From a bacterium (lineage in GTDB: Bacteria; Patescibacteriota; Minisyncoccia; Minisyncoccales; DG-74-3), in assembly GCA_030603245.1 (NCBI GenBank), contig JAUVYE010000003.1:1-61091 (forward strand): 61,091 nucleotides of DNA. The letters run 5' to 3'. The translations under genes were made by a program, and so were the position numbers. The notes under the pieces were generated by a model that saw only the letters and a program-made list of their open reading frames with translations, did not search any database and was not told the DNA's origin. Numbering within the stretch: position 1 is the first letter of the stretch; each line of letters starts with the position of its first letter. This document shows positions 16,552-25,285 of the stretch, piece by piece.

Positions 16552-16627
16552 TTAATTTTTTCTTTCATAGATTTATTATAACAAAAAACCGCTTCTGGAA
16601 CTTTAGTCTTCTACTTTCCTCCTCTCT

Positions 16628-17641
16628 TTACCTCCTCTCCTCCATTTCCTCTTCTGACATAGAGGGTGCAGCGGAAGTCGTTGTCGTAGCAGTCATAAGA
16701 ACAAGAAAACACTCGTCTGGTGTTGTTACTCCCGCCTCCCTACATTTAGCCTCAACCGATGAACATAGCTCTGGCGTTCCTCCCGCTTCTATACAGAAAG
16801 CTTCAATCTCTTCAAATGATTTAAAGCCCTCGGGAGGAAGTTTCTCACACATCTCTGGTGGAAATCTTTCCGGTTCTGCACACAAAGTTCCAAACAATCC
16901 AAGGTTCTGAAGATCATTCACAAATGATGTACACATCTCCGATGGTGCTCCCTGTTCTATACAGAAAATTCTAAACGATTCAAAGCTCTGAAGACCACTC
17001 TCTTTTGCCCGCTCAGCTTTCTCTATTTCTAATTCCTGTTGAGCCCTCATTCGAACTCTCTCTCTTACTTCTTGTGGAACCTGAGCTGGCAAAGTGGCTT
17101 CTTCTGGAATTTCACCCAAAGCATTTTGTGCTTTTAATGCTTCAACTGCTTTTTCGTGTCCTTTTACTGAAACCTTCATTGCATTTTCAATGGCTGGTTT
17201 TGCCTGCTCGGGAACTTTCTCATAAACTTCAGCCAAAACCTCCAAATGTTTAGAGGTTGCCTGGCCGACTCTAGCCAAAACTTCCATAACTTTTTCGGTG
17301 TTCTCGCCTTTACTTTCTGCCCTTTCTACCCGAGCCATACTTTTTTCTAATTGATTTTCATATCTTGCCAAAGTTTTTTCTGTTAATTCTGGCTTCCCTT
17401 TTCCTGCGATAACTTGAGCTTCAGCCAGTCTTTCAGCAGCTAAGGCAGCATGTCTTTCAGCTTTTTTTAGATCACCGAAGGTAAAGAAAGTGCCAATTTC
17501 CTCTGCAATTATTTCCAGAAAGTAGAATGGACTATCAGGTAAAAGTCCTGGAGACGGTAAGTCAACTTCCTGGGCTGAAGCCTGTATTCCAAAAGAGAGT
17601 AACAAAAATGATAATATTATAATTAAAATTATTTTTTTCAT
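16628..17641 (-). CDS. exported DUF5667-type protein with a Cys-rich repeated C-terminus
   Basis: signal peptide; GLLPDSPFYFL...AAERLAEA motif; repeated C-x3-G-x2-(P/S)-E-x-C units. Confidence 0.85.
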   Translation of the reverse strand: MKKIILIIILSFLLLSFGIQASAQEVDLPSPGLLPDSPFYFLEIIAEEIGTFFTFGDLKKAERHAALAAERLAEAQVIAGKGKPELTEKTLARYENQLEKSMARVERAESKGENTEKVMEVLARVGQATSKHLEVLAEVYEKVPEQAKPAIENAMKVSVKGHEKAVEALKAQNALGEIPEEATLPAQVPQEVRERVRMRAQQELEIEKAERAKESGLQSFESFRIFCIEQGAPSEMCTSFVNDLQNLGLFGTLCAEPERFPPEMCEKLPPEGFKSFEEIEAFCIEAGGTPELCSSVEAKCREAGVTTPDECFLVLMTATTTTSAAPSMSEEEMEERR

Positions 17642-17682
17642 ATTTTATAAAGCTTAATTTATAGACCTTTATTTTATTATAC

Positions 17683-17709
17683 AAAAAAACCGCCTGCTTG
17701 GCAATTTTT
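17683..17709 (-). terminator. intrinsic terminator similar to 11830-11855
   Basis: AAAAATTGCC-AAGCA-GGCGG-T7. Confidence 0.65.
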
Positions 17710-17714
17710 CTTGA

Positions 17715-17747
17715 TATACAATTACATCCAATTATATACAATGCGGG
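17715..17747. repeat. att-like direct repeat of the tRNA-Asp 3' flank
   Basis: TATACAATTACATCCAA (17 bp, identical to 18769-18785) followed by TGCGGG. Confidence 0.8.
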
Positions 17748-17957
17748 GCTGGTTGGACATAGTTAGAACTTGGTTTTGGGATAATTTTCCAGCTATTGAA
17801 TCAATAAGATTATCATCTGTTTCTTAATATATCCTTACCTCCCCTAGTGGACGATGTTAGAACCTGTTTTCGAGGAGTAAAATAAAAAAAGCATAAAAAA
17901 AGTGGGTTTTATGCGTTTTTGTTGACTTCTCTCTTTGCTTCTTTTTCGTTGATTCTT

Positions 17958-18671
17958 TTAAGCCGATCGCTCGCTCAATGCTTTTTCTATCTCTTCAACT
18001 ATTTTGTCTGCTGCCTCACCTGGATTCTCGCTCTTTCGGATAGCACTTCCTACTACAAGGCAGTCAGCTCCGTCTAAGATTGCCTGATAAGGAGTTGTAA
18101 TCCTTGCTTGATCCTCTCGCTTAGCGGCCCAAGTCGGTTTAATTCCTGGGGTTACGATTAAAGTCGTGGGGCTAAGTTTTGCCCGGAGCATCTTTGCTTC
18201 TTTGGCTGAAGCTACTACTCCAGCTAATCCTGCTTCTTCTGCCATTATAGCAAGGTGAAGTACCTTATCTTGAATCAGTCCTGGGATCCCTATATCTTCA
18301 TTGAAACTTTCTTGGTCATGGCTAGTTAAAATGGTAATCCCTAATATCTTTAGATTGCTTCCTTTTGCTGCTTCAGTTGCATATTCCAGCATTTTCGCTC
18401 CGCCAAGAGTATGAACAGTAGTCATTGCTAATCCAGCCTCAACATCGGCTTTGATGAAATTTGCTACGGTACCAGGAATATCGTGGTGCTTCCAATCTCG
18501 CCAGACTTCTATTCCTCTATCTTGTATTATCGAAACAATTTCAGGATAAGCGGCTGCTAAAGAATTGACTTTCACCAGTCCTACTTTGCCTTCTAGCTGG
18601 TTTAAAAGAGGAGTCGCCTTCTCTAGATTTAATACATCTAGAGCAAAAATCAATCTGTCTTTTGCTTTCAT
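17958..18671 (-). CDS. pyrF: orotidine 5'-phosphate decarboxylase
   Basis: LIFALD, DWKHHDIPGTV, TVHTLGG, VTPGIK, VVGSAI. Confidence 0.95.
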   Translation of the reverse strand: MKAKDRLIFALDVLNLEKATPLLNQLEGKVGLVKVNSLAAAYPEIVSIIQDRGIEVWRDWKHHDIPGTVANFIKADVEAGLAMTTVHTLGGAKMLEYATEAAKGSNLKILGITILTSHDQESFNEDIGIPGLIQDKVLHLAIMAEEAGLAGVVASAKEAKMLRAKLSPTTLIVTPGIKPTWAAKREDQARITTPYQAILDGADCLVVGSAIRKSENPGEAADKIVEEIEKALSERSA

Positions 18672-18742
18672 TTTTTCTCACCAAATTTTTAAATAGCTTC
18701 CTTCTGTTATCTAAATTATCAAATCTAAAAAAATTGTCAAAC

Positions 18743-18767
18743 AAAAACCCGAACAAAAGCTCGGATT
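18743..18767 (-). terminator. terminator after the tRNA cluster
   Basis: CCGAGC-TTTT-GTTCGG followed by GTTTTT. Confidence 0.65.
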
Positions 18768-18768
18768 C

Positions 18769-18814
18769 TATACAATTACATCCAACTATATGCAATTTTA
18801 TACAATTCTGCGGG
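18769..18814. repeat. att-like repeat with four 10-bp-period units abutting the tRNA-Asp 3' end
   Basis: TATACAATTA CATCCAACTA TATGCAATTT TATACAATTC TGCGGG. Confidence 0.75.
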
Positions 18815-18885
18815 CCCGACCGGATTTGAACCGGCGATCTTCTCCGTGACAGGGAGACGTGTTGACCGAGCTACACTACGAGCCC
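18811..18885 (-). tRNA. tRNA-Asp(GTC)
   Basis: cloverleaf GGGCTCG/CGGGCCC; anticodon arm TCTCC-CTGTCAC-GGAGA; CCA not encoded. Confidence 0.95.
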
Positions 18886-18889
18886 AATG

Positions 18890-18961
18890 TAGCGGTGAAG
18901 GGAATTGAACCCCCGACCCATGGCTTATGATGCCACTGCTCTACCACTGAGCTACACCGCC
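18890..18961 (-). tRNA. tRNA-Met(CAT), elongator-like
   Basis: GGCGGTG/CACCGCT acceptor stem; GTGGC-ATCATAA-GCCAT anticodon arm; an Ile2 identity cannot be fully excluded. Confidence 0.85.
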
Positions 18962-18974
18962 CCAAAAAAACATG

Positions 18975-19045
18975 TTGCGGCGCCTGGAATTGCACCAGGG
19001 CCTCCAGGTTATGAGCCTGGCAAGGTACTACTCCTCCACGCCGCT
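18975..19045 (-). tRNA. initiator tRNA-fMet(CAT)
   Basis: A1xA72 mismatch; CCAGG-CTCATAA-CCTGG anticodon arm. Confidence 0.85.
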
Positions 19046-19085
19046 TCGTACTTAATATTGTATTCAATTTTTAGACAGAAGTCAA

Positions 19086-19601
19086 TTAAAACATTCCTAA
19101 TTCATGCAAGGCTTTCTCATAAATATTCAAAGCTTTTTCTGCTTGGTCTAAAGTCAACTTATAATTAGGGTCATGAACAATATTATTCTTGATTTTATGG
19201 GCTTTCCAAACATCTTCAATATTAGAAATGGTTTCTGCTTTAATTGGTTCTAATCTTTGCCCCAAACTAGCACCCTGATAACCCATTTTCTCTAAACTAT
19301 TATCAAGCATTTCATCTGCTTCAATAAAAGCTAATTTATATTCATTTTCCTGGCCCTTTTTTAATCTTTCAGTAATTTTATGCCATTTACCAGCAGTTTT
19401 TTTAATCCAATAAGGCTTATACCTTAAAATTTCCATAAAGTCCTGCCAAAAAATCTTTTTAAACCAGGTAGTATAAAAGAAAAACCAAATGGTCCCACCC
19501 AAAAAAACTACCGCAAAAAATATAAATATAATCCTGATTGGCAAGAGTTTTTCCTGAAGAGATGGAGAGATTAAGTATGAAATAACATCAGAAATGTTCA
19601 T
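19086..19601 (-). CDS. membrane-anchored hypothetical protein with a HEPN/DUF4145-like C-terminus
   Basis: one TM; EADEMLD...GASLGQRL...AHKIKNNIVHD. Confidence 0.8.
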   Translation of the reverse strand: MNISDVISYLISPSLQEKLLPIRIIFIFFAVVFLGGTIWFFFYTTWFKKIFWQDFMEILRYKPYWIKKTAGKWHKITERLKKGQENEYKLAFIEADEMLDNSLEKMGYQGASLGQRLEPIKAETISNIEDVWKAHKIKNNIVHDPNYKLTLDQAEKALNIYEKALHELGMF

Positions 19602-19612
19602 ATGATTAAAAA

Positions 19613-21052
19613 TTATTTATTTTCTTCAAAAATTTGGGCTACTTGAAATACTTTGTCTTCTTCAAAATAATTTCCCATAACCTGAAGTCCAACAGGTAGA
19701 TTATTAATTTTACCACAAGGAATAGAAATTCCTGGCAATCCAGCCAAATCTAATGGAGCAGTAAAAACATCGCAAAGATACATTGTCAGAGGATCAGAAA
19801 CATTTTCTCCTATTTTAAAAGCTGGTGTTGGAGTGGTAGGAGCTAAAATTATATCAACTTTTTCAAAAGCTTTTTCAAAATCTCTTTTGATTAAAGTACG
19901 CACTTTTTGAGCTTTTAAATAATAAGCATCATAATAGCCGGATGACAAAGCATATGTTCCAATAATTATTCTCCTTCTTACCTCTTCACCAAAACCCTCT
20001 GCCCTGCTCTTTAAATAAACATCCAATAAATCTTGTGACTTATGCTTTTTGCTTTTCACTGTTGAATATCCATATTTTATGCCATCATATCTTGCCATAT
20101 TAGCTGAAATCTCACAGGGCACAATAATATAATAAGTTGCTATTGCATATTCTGTATGGGGTAAGCTTATTTCTTGAACCTTGGCTCCCATTTGTTCATA
20201 CTTTTTAACAGCTTCTCTGACCAATCTTTCCACTTCAGGATCAATTCCCTCAATAAAATATTCTTTAGGAATACCAATCTTTAACTCATTAATTTTCAGC
20301 ATTTGAGCTTTGGCATTTGATATTGACTCAACGCTAGTTGAATCCATTGAATCTTTCCCCTTAATAGCATCAAACACAATTTTAGCATCTTCAACTGTCT
20401 TGGTTATAGCCCCAACATGGTCTAAAGAACAGCACATTGCCATAAGCCCATAACGAGATACTGCCCCATATGTTGGTTTAATACCAACTGTCCCACAAAA
20501 AGAAGAAGGTTGACGAATAGAACCTCCTGTATCAGTACCAAGCGCATAACAAGCCATATTATCAGCAACTGCTGCAGCTGATCCGGATGAAGATCCGCCA
20601 GGAACTCTTGTTAAATCATAAGGGTTTTTAGTAGGACCAAAAGCAGAACGTTCTCCTGATGCTCCCATAGCAAATTCATCCATGTTAGTCTTTCCCAATA
20701 TCACTGCTCCCTGAGCTCTAAGCTTCTTAATAACTGTAGCATCATAAGGAGCAATATAATTCTCTAATATTTTAGAACCAGCAGTACATTTAAGGCCTTT
20801 AACCATTAAAAGATCTTTAATAGCTACTGGGATTCCGGCAAGCAATGGAATCTCCCCTCCTTTGGCAATCATTTCATCCACTTTTTGAGCCTGAGATAAA
20901 GCCAGCTTCTCACTCACTGTTAAATAGGCAAAAATCTCTTTATCCCTGTTTTTTATTCTGCCTAAATAGGCTTTGCAAAGATCTAAAGCAGAAAATTCTT
21001 TTTTCAACAAACCTTGATGAGCCTGACTAATTGTTAATTCAGTTAGCTCCAT
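19613..21052 (-). CDS. gatA: Asp/Glu-tRNA amidotransferase subunit A
   Basis: amidase signature GGSSSGS, GTDTGGSIRQP. Confidence 0.98.
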   Translation of the reverse strand: MELTELTISQAHQGLLKKEFSALDLCKAYLGRIKNRDKEIFAYLTVSEKLALSQAQKVDEMIAKGGEIPLLAGIPVAIKDLLMVKGLKCTAGSKILENYIAPYDATVIKKLRAQGAVILGKTNMDEFAMGASGERSAFGPTKNPYDLTRVPGGSSSGSAAAVADNMACYALGTDTGGSIRQPSSFCGTVGIKPTYGAVSRYGLMAMCCSLDHVGAITKTVEDAKIVFDAIKGKDSMDSTSVESISNAKAQMLKINELKIGIPKEYFIEGIDPEVERLVREAVKKYEQMGAKVQEISLPHTEYAIATYYIIVPCEISANMARYDGIKYGYSTVKSKKHKSQDLLDVYLKSRAEGFGEEVRRRIIIGTYALSSGYYDAYYLKAQKVRTLIKRDFEKAFEKVDIILAPTTPTPAFKIGENVSDPLTMYLCDVFTAPLDLAGLPGISIPCGKINNLPVGLQVMGNYFEEDKVFQVAQIFEENK

Positions 21053-21341
21053 CTTTAAAAATTGATTTAACTTTTAAATAACCATCTTTAGTCTCTGGCG
21101 CTAAATATAATAATTTTGCGCTTTGTGTTTCACGCTTTGCGTTTATTTCATCTTCTCTCATTACATTTTCAATCGGAACTGAATGAAAGGTTGGTTCTAC
21201 CTGAGAAACATCTACTTCTTTTAATTTTTCAAAATATTCTAAAATCGAAGAAAGCTCTTTCTCCATTTTTTCCATTTCTTTCTCTGACAAACCAAGCCTT
21301 GCAAGTTTCGCAATATGTTTTACCTCTTTTTTACTAATCAT
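21039..21341 (-). CDS. gatC: Asp/Glu-tRNA amidotransferase subunit C
   Basis: EVKHIAKLARL; upstream of gatA. Confidence 0.95.
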   Translation of the reverse strand: MISKKEVKHIAKLARLGLSEKEMEKMEKELSSILEYFEKLKEVDVSQVEPTFHSVPIENVMREDEINAKRETQSAKLLYLAPETKDGYLKVKSIFKDGAN

Positions 21342-21344
21342 GTT

Positions 21345-22412
21345 TTATCTAGGTGGTTCTAAATATTCTTTTTCCACCAGAACATCCCGCAATTCATCAA
21401 GCTCTTCTAGAACCATACCTGCCCCTCTCACCACAGCAGTCATTGGATCTTCAACCCTTTTAGTTGGAATTTTAATTTCTTTTTGAATTAAAACATCTAA
21501 TCCGCGCAAAAGGGAACCTCCTCCAGCTAAATAAATACCAGAGCCCATTATATCGGCTAATAATTCTGGTGGTGTTTCTTCAATAGCGCTTTTTATTTCA
21601 GAAATAATTTGCCTTACTGATTTTCCTAAAGCTCCTCTGATTTCTTCATCAGAAACTAAAATTTCTTCCGGGAGACCAGTTACCAAATTTCTGCCTCGCA
21701 TTGGCATTTCTTTTTTTTCTTTTAAAGGAAAAGCAGAACCAATTCCAATTTTAATTGTTTCAGCTGTACGTGGCCCAATTAATAATTTATATTCTTGTTC
21801 AGCAAATTGAACTATATCTTGATCTAATCTATCTCCAGCTATTCTTAAGCTTTTTGATAAAACCAATCCTCCTAAAGAAATAACAGCCACCTCAGTTGTG
21901 CCTCCACCAATATCAACTATAAAAATTCCACCTGCTTCCTGAACCGGAAGCCTTGCCCCAATTGCTGAGGCCATTGGCTCTTCAATCAAGAAAACCTCTC
22001 TGGCTCCAGCGTTTTTAGTCGCATCAGAAACTGCTTTTTTTTCTACTTCTGTTACGCCAGATGGAATCCCAATAATCACTCTTGGTCTTGGATTTAAAAT
22101 AAATTGTTTTGTTCGAGCTTTTTCAATAAAATAACGAAGCATTTGTTCTGTAACATCAAAATCAGAAATTACGCCAGAGATTAAAGGTCTGGTAGCCACA
22201 ATATGAGACGGAGTTTTTCCAACCATTTTTTTAGCTTCTTCTCCAATCGCTAAAATCTGGCCTGTTTTTTGATTAATTGCTACTACTGAAGGTTCTTGCA
22301 TTACAATACCTCTGCCTCGAACATAAACCAAGGAATTAGTTGTTCCTAAATCAATCGCAATATCATGAAAAAACATATTTCTAATTTTTTCTAAAACCTC
22401 ATTAAACATCAT
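21345..22412 (-). CDS. mreB: rod-shape protein MreB (paralogue 1)
   Basis: IDLGTTNS, DIGGGTTEV, LAGGGSLL. Confidence 0.96.
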   Translation of the reverse strand: MMFNEVLEKIRNMFFHDIAIDLGTTNSLVYVRGRGIVMQEPSVVAINQKTGQILAIGEEAKKMVGKTPSHIVATRPLISGVISDFDVTEQMLRYFIEKARTKQFILNPRPRVIIGIPSGVTEVEKKAVSDATKNAGAREVFLIEEPMASAIGARLPVQEAGGIFIVDIGGGTTEVAVISLGGLVLSKSLRIAGDRLDQDIVQFAEQEYKLLIGPRTAETIKIGIGSAFPLKEKKEMPMRGRNLVTGLPEEILVSDEEIRGALGKSVRQIISEIKSAIEETPPELLADIMGSGIYLAGGGSLLRGLDVLIQKEIKIPTKRVEDPMTAVVRGAGMVLEELDELRDVLVEKEYLEPPR

Positions 22413-22414
22413 AA

Positions 22415-23653
22415 TTAAAACTTAAGATTTTTTACTTTAGAAGGACAAATTAAACTTACTTTTTTCTTATCTCTTTTTTTAACTTCTACACAATTTTTAC
22501 TTAAACTCCTTTCTGAAACTACTATTCTCCAAGGAATTCCAATTAAATCAGTATCAATAAGTTTTTGACCAGCTGTTTTTTCTTCTCTATCATCATACAA
22601 TACTTTAATATTGCTTTTTTGTAAATCTTTATATATCTTTTCCGAGACCTTTTTAACTTGATTGCTGTTCTCCAAAGCAAGAAGATGAACATCAAAAGGA
22701 GCTACGCTTTTGGGCCAAACAATTCCCTCTTGATCATGATTGACCTCAACTATGACTGAAAGCAATCTTGGAAGACCGATTCCATAGCAACCCATAATTA
22801 TTGGATGAGAAGAACCTGATTTATCTGTGAAATTGGCTTTCATGGCCTCACTGTATTTTGTTCCTAAAGCAAAAATATGACCAACCTCAATTGCTTTTTG
22901 GATTTTTAAGATTGATCTACACTCAGGACATTTTTTAACTTTTCCTGCTTTTTCAAGATTAGAGCCAAAATTACATTTTGGACAAATCACAATTTTATCT
23001 TCTCCATCCTTAGAAACAACCATAAATTCGTGGGAAGACTTGCCTCCAATAGTTCCTGGATCAGCCTCAACACAAATTGATTTTAAACCACACCTCTTAA
23101 ATATTCTAAAATATGCTTTTTTAACTTTTTCATAAAAGCTTTTAAGATCTTTTTCTGAGGAATGAAAACTATAAAGATCTTTCATCATAAATTCTCTAGT
23201 CCTTAAAAGCCCGCCAGTAGGCCTCATTTCATTGCGAAATTTGTTTTGAATTTGAAAAAGAGAAAAAGGCAAATCTTTATAAGACTTCACTCTTTTTCTT
23301 ATTAAATCAGTAATTATTTCCTCATGAGTAGGGCCTAAACCAAACATTTTTTTATGACGATCTTTTACTTTAAACAAAGGAGGGTCAATCTCAGTCCACC
23401 TTTTAGTTTCAACCCATAATCTTTGAGGGATTAAAGAACACATGAATATTTCTTCCCCTCCCACACCTTGCATTTCTTCTCGGATAATGTTTTCAATCTT
23501 CTTATAAACTCTCCAACCTAAGGGCAAAAAATTATAAATACCAGAAGAAACCTGAGAGATAAAATCAGCTTTTATTAAAAATTTATGAGAAATAGCTTGA
23601 ATCTCTTTGGACGCTTGTTTTTTAGTTCTAGAAAAAAGTTTAGATTGTTTCAT
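22415..23653 (-). CDS. proS: prolyl-tRNA synthetase (no INS editing domain)
   Basis: LGPTHEE, FRNEMRP, IEVGHIF, MGCYGIG; 412 aa. Confidence 0.96.
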   Translation of the reverse strand: MKQSKLFSRTKKQASKEIQAISHKFLIKADFISQVSSGIYNFLPLGWRVYKKIENIIREEMQGVGGEEIFMCSLIPQRLWVETKRWTEIDPPLFKVKDRHKKMFGLGPTHEEIITDLIRKRVKSYKDLPFSLFQIQNKFRNEMRPTGGLLRTREFMMKDLYSFHSSEKDLKSFYEKVKKAYFRIFKRCGLKSICVEADPGTIGGKSSHEFMVVSKDGEDKIVICPKCNFGSNLEKAGKVKKCPECRSILKIQKAIEVGHIFALGTKYSEAMKANFTDKSGSSHPIIMGCYGIGLPRLLSVIVEVNHDQEGIVWPKSVAPFDVHLLALENSNQVKKVSEKIYKDLQKSNIKVLYDDREEKTAGQKLIDTDLIGIPWRIVVSERSLSKNCVEVKKRDKKKVSLICPSKVKNLKF

Positions 23654-23655
23654 GG

Positions 23656-24732
23656 CTAAAATATATTGATTATATCTTTAATGCTTACAAAAAATATCAT
23701 AATTATCAATAAAATAAAGAAGAGAGCATTAATTTTCTCCTCTACCTTGATATTGATTGGAGAACCTTTAATTTTTTCAATACCTAAAAATAATAGTTTT
23801 CCACCATCCAAGGCTGGAATTGGCAAAAGATTAAAAACTGCCAAATGAATAGCAATAATAGCTATAAACTGAAGATAATAAATGGGCCCTGCTTCAATTG
23901 CTTCATCCATCAAAGAGCCAACTCCTATTGGGCCGACTAATTTTACCCCAGGTGGTAATCCCTTTCCCTGAAATAAATTTCCGAAAATACCACCTAAACT
24001 GTTCACAATTTGAGAAGTTAAATCAATGCAAGCTTTAATTCCTTTTAAGGGAGCTAAATAAAATGGGTATGCCCTGGTAATTGTTCTGACTAAACCAACG
24101 CCCATTGCGCCCTCTCCTTCTGGAATCTCAATTCTAGGAATAATATCAAGTTCAAAGCTTTCTTTCCCCCTTTCAATTGTTAAACTAATCTCCTCCCCCT
24201 TATAATTTTCTACAAATTCCTGTATCTCTTTTACTTTATTAATTTTGACACTTAAGCTTTGATATTTGACATTTCTTATGATGTCCCATATTTTTATTCC
24301 AGCAACTTCAGCCGGAGAACCATTAACCAGAGAAATAACCTGAATCCGAGCATCTTCAGCTTCAACTGTGTCTGAAATAGCTGTTGGTGCTCCTATGGCG
24401 AAAATAATGCTTAACAAAATAATTCCCACAATCCAGAAAGACAATACTCCCCCCAAGGTAATTAATGCTCTTTGTTCAATGGATTTTCTCTGAAAACTAT
24501 TTGAATCTTCTAATCCTTCTTTCTCTCCATATATCTTAACAAAAGCTCCAAAAGGCAAAAGATTTAATGAATAAAGTGTCTGTCCCATCTTTTTTCCAAA
24601 AATCCTAGGAGGATAACCTATGCCAAATTCCTCAACCGGAACGCCAAATTTCTTGGCAATGATAAAGTGCCCAAACTCATGAATTATAACTAAAGCAATT
24701 AAAGTAAAGACTATAATTAGGATAGAAATCAT
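23656..24732 (-). CDS. rseP: site-2 protease (M50) with PDZ domain, RseP-like
   Basis: HEFGH, NLLPIPALDGG. Confidence 0.9.
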   Translation of the reverse strand: MISILIIVFTLIALVIIHEFGHFIIAKKFGVPVEEFGIGYPPRIFGKKMGQTLYSLNLLPFGAFVKIYGEKEGLEDSNSFQRKSIEQRALITLGGVLSFWIVGIILLSIIFAIGAPTAISDTVEAEDARIQVISLVNGSPAEVAGIKIWDIIRNVKYQSLSVKINKVKEIQEFVENYKGEEISLTIERGKESFELDIIPRIEIPEGEGAMGVGLVRTITRAYPFYLAPLKGIKACIDLTSQIVNSLGGIFGNLFQGKGLPPGVKLVGPIGVGSLMDEAIEAGPIYYLQFIAIIAIHLAVFNLLPIPALDGGKLLFLGIEKIKGSPINIKVEEKINALFFILLIIMIFFVSIKDIINIF

Positions 24733-25283
24733 ATTGATATTTCTTTCTTTTTATTCTCAGTTAGTTTCTCAATTTTTTCATTATAATCATCAATTAATTC
24801 CTGCAACTTATCTTTAGCTCGAAACTTATCATCCTCTCTAATCTTTCCTTCTTGGGTTAATGTTTGAACCTCTTCCCACACCCCACCTCTCCATTTTCTT
24901 ACTGTTTGCCTTGCCTCTTCTTTTTTTTGAGAAATTAATCTTAATAAATTTTCTCTATATTCACCACTCAATGGAGGCAGGGAAATCCGAATTAATTCAC
25001 CATCTATAATTGGATTTATGCCAGAAGATGATCTAATGATAGCTTTTTCAATATATTCAAGATAAGATTTGTCCCATGGCTGAATCACAATTTCTCTGGC
25101 CTTAGGAATTGAAATAGAAGCTAATTGTTTTAATGTAAATTTCTGATTAAAACACTCCACTTCAATATCTTCTACCAAAGAAGCAGAAGCTCGATTAGCT
25201 CTGATTTTAGCTAATTCCTTTTCCAAAAAATTAAGGGTCTTGTCAAGCTCGGGTTTAATTTTATCAATAATTTCTTGATACAT
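24729..25283 (-). CDS. frr: ribosome recycling factor
   Basis: IRANRAS, IVIQPWD, LPPLSGEYR. Confidence 0.95.
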   Translation of the reverse strand: MYQEIIDKIKPELDKTLNFLEKELAKIRANRASASLVEDIEVECFNQKFTLKQLASISIPKAREIVIQPWDKSYLEYIEKAIIRSSSGINPIIDGELIRISLPPLSGEYRENLLRLISQKKEEARQTVRKWRGGVWEEVQTLTQEGKIREDDKFRAKDKLQELIDDYNEKIEKLTENKKKEISI

Positions 25284-25285
25284 AT

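Larger units (their letters stand above)
11330..18810. mobile_element. accessory genomic island between pheS and tRNA-Asp (no integrase inside)
   Basis: non-core cargo, att-like repeats at the tRNA-Asp 3' end, dif-like sites, and visibly mixed base composition between genes. Confidence 0.7.

Noticed and set aside
16521-17253. Plus-strand ORFs of 129 and 82 aa
   Set aside because: Antisense shadows of the DUF5667 gene
18876-19168. ORFs overlapping the tRNA cluster
   Set aside because: Artefacts of translating tRNA genes
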